From: Azolla caroliniana | Lineage: Eukaryota; Plantae; Polypodiophyta | Assembly (NCBI GenBank): GCA_043228905.1 | Contig: JBHGNT010000005.1 | Coordinates: forward strand, 4,650,001 to 4,714,000 | Length of the DNA stretch: 64,000 nt | Direction: 5' to 3' | Shown here: positions 63,851-64,000 of the stretch, piece by piece | Numbering within the stretch: position 1 is the stretch's first letter | Layout: the number at the start of each line of letters is the position of its first letter | The notes under the pieces: generated by a model | The model's input: only the letters and a program-made list of their open reading frames with translations | What the model was told of the DNA's origin: nothing | The model's database searches: none | Position numbers and translations under genes: made by a program

Positions 63851-64000
63851 TTTTTGAAAATAATTGGCGTGTAGCCTTCGGCATTGTTGTTAGACACATA
63901 CACATTCTAGTTAGGATGTGTTATTTTTCTTTGGAATTGGAGGTGGATGTCATGTTCAAATTTCCTACATGTGTAGTAGCGAAAGTCGTTTAGGTTATTA

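Noticed and set aside
1-64000. tRNA, rRNA, organellar insertions or bacterial horizontal transfer
   Set aside because: None recognised by eye. A tRNAscan-SE or Infernal search would be needed to exclude small ncRNAs.

Overview
AT-rich, intron-containing land-plant nuclear DNA, most likely a fern. This is inferred from the PLS-PPR motif style and a DYW:WW-type deaminase domain; the species cannot be fixed from the sequence. Genes in order: the 3' six exons of APE1L (AP endonuclease); three paralogous intronless PLS-class PPR editing-factor genes showing stepwise decay of the DYW:WW domain; an orphan Ser-rich membrane-protein gene; a 14-exon alpha/beta-hydrolase with a C-terminal UIM-like motif, a GC-AG intron and a LINE in intron 1; about 20 kb of decayed LINE, hAT and LTR sequence, including an intact hAT MITE with an 8-bp TSD; a 7-exon alpha-carbonic anhydrase; a 3-exon Kelch gene; head-to-head with it, a predicted two-exon Zn-ribbon gene whose splice donor is the end of a Mutator-like inverted repeat and which contains NADFDGD; and a PPR fragment. 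The most notable items are (1) a predicted catalytically dead DYW:WW domain whose C-terminal tail is triplicated, with the extra copies keeping the lost D-Y codons, (2) the inverted-repeat-spliced Zn-ribbon gene, and (3) a duplicated AG|GT acceptor in the carbonic anhydrase intron that could support recursive splicing. All exon models were derived by hand and have no transcript support.
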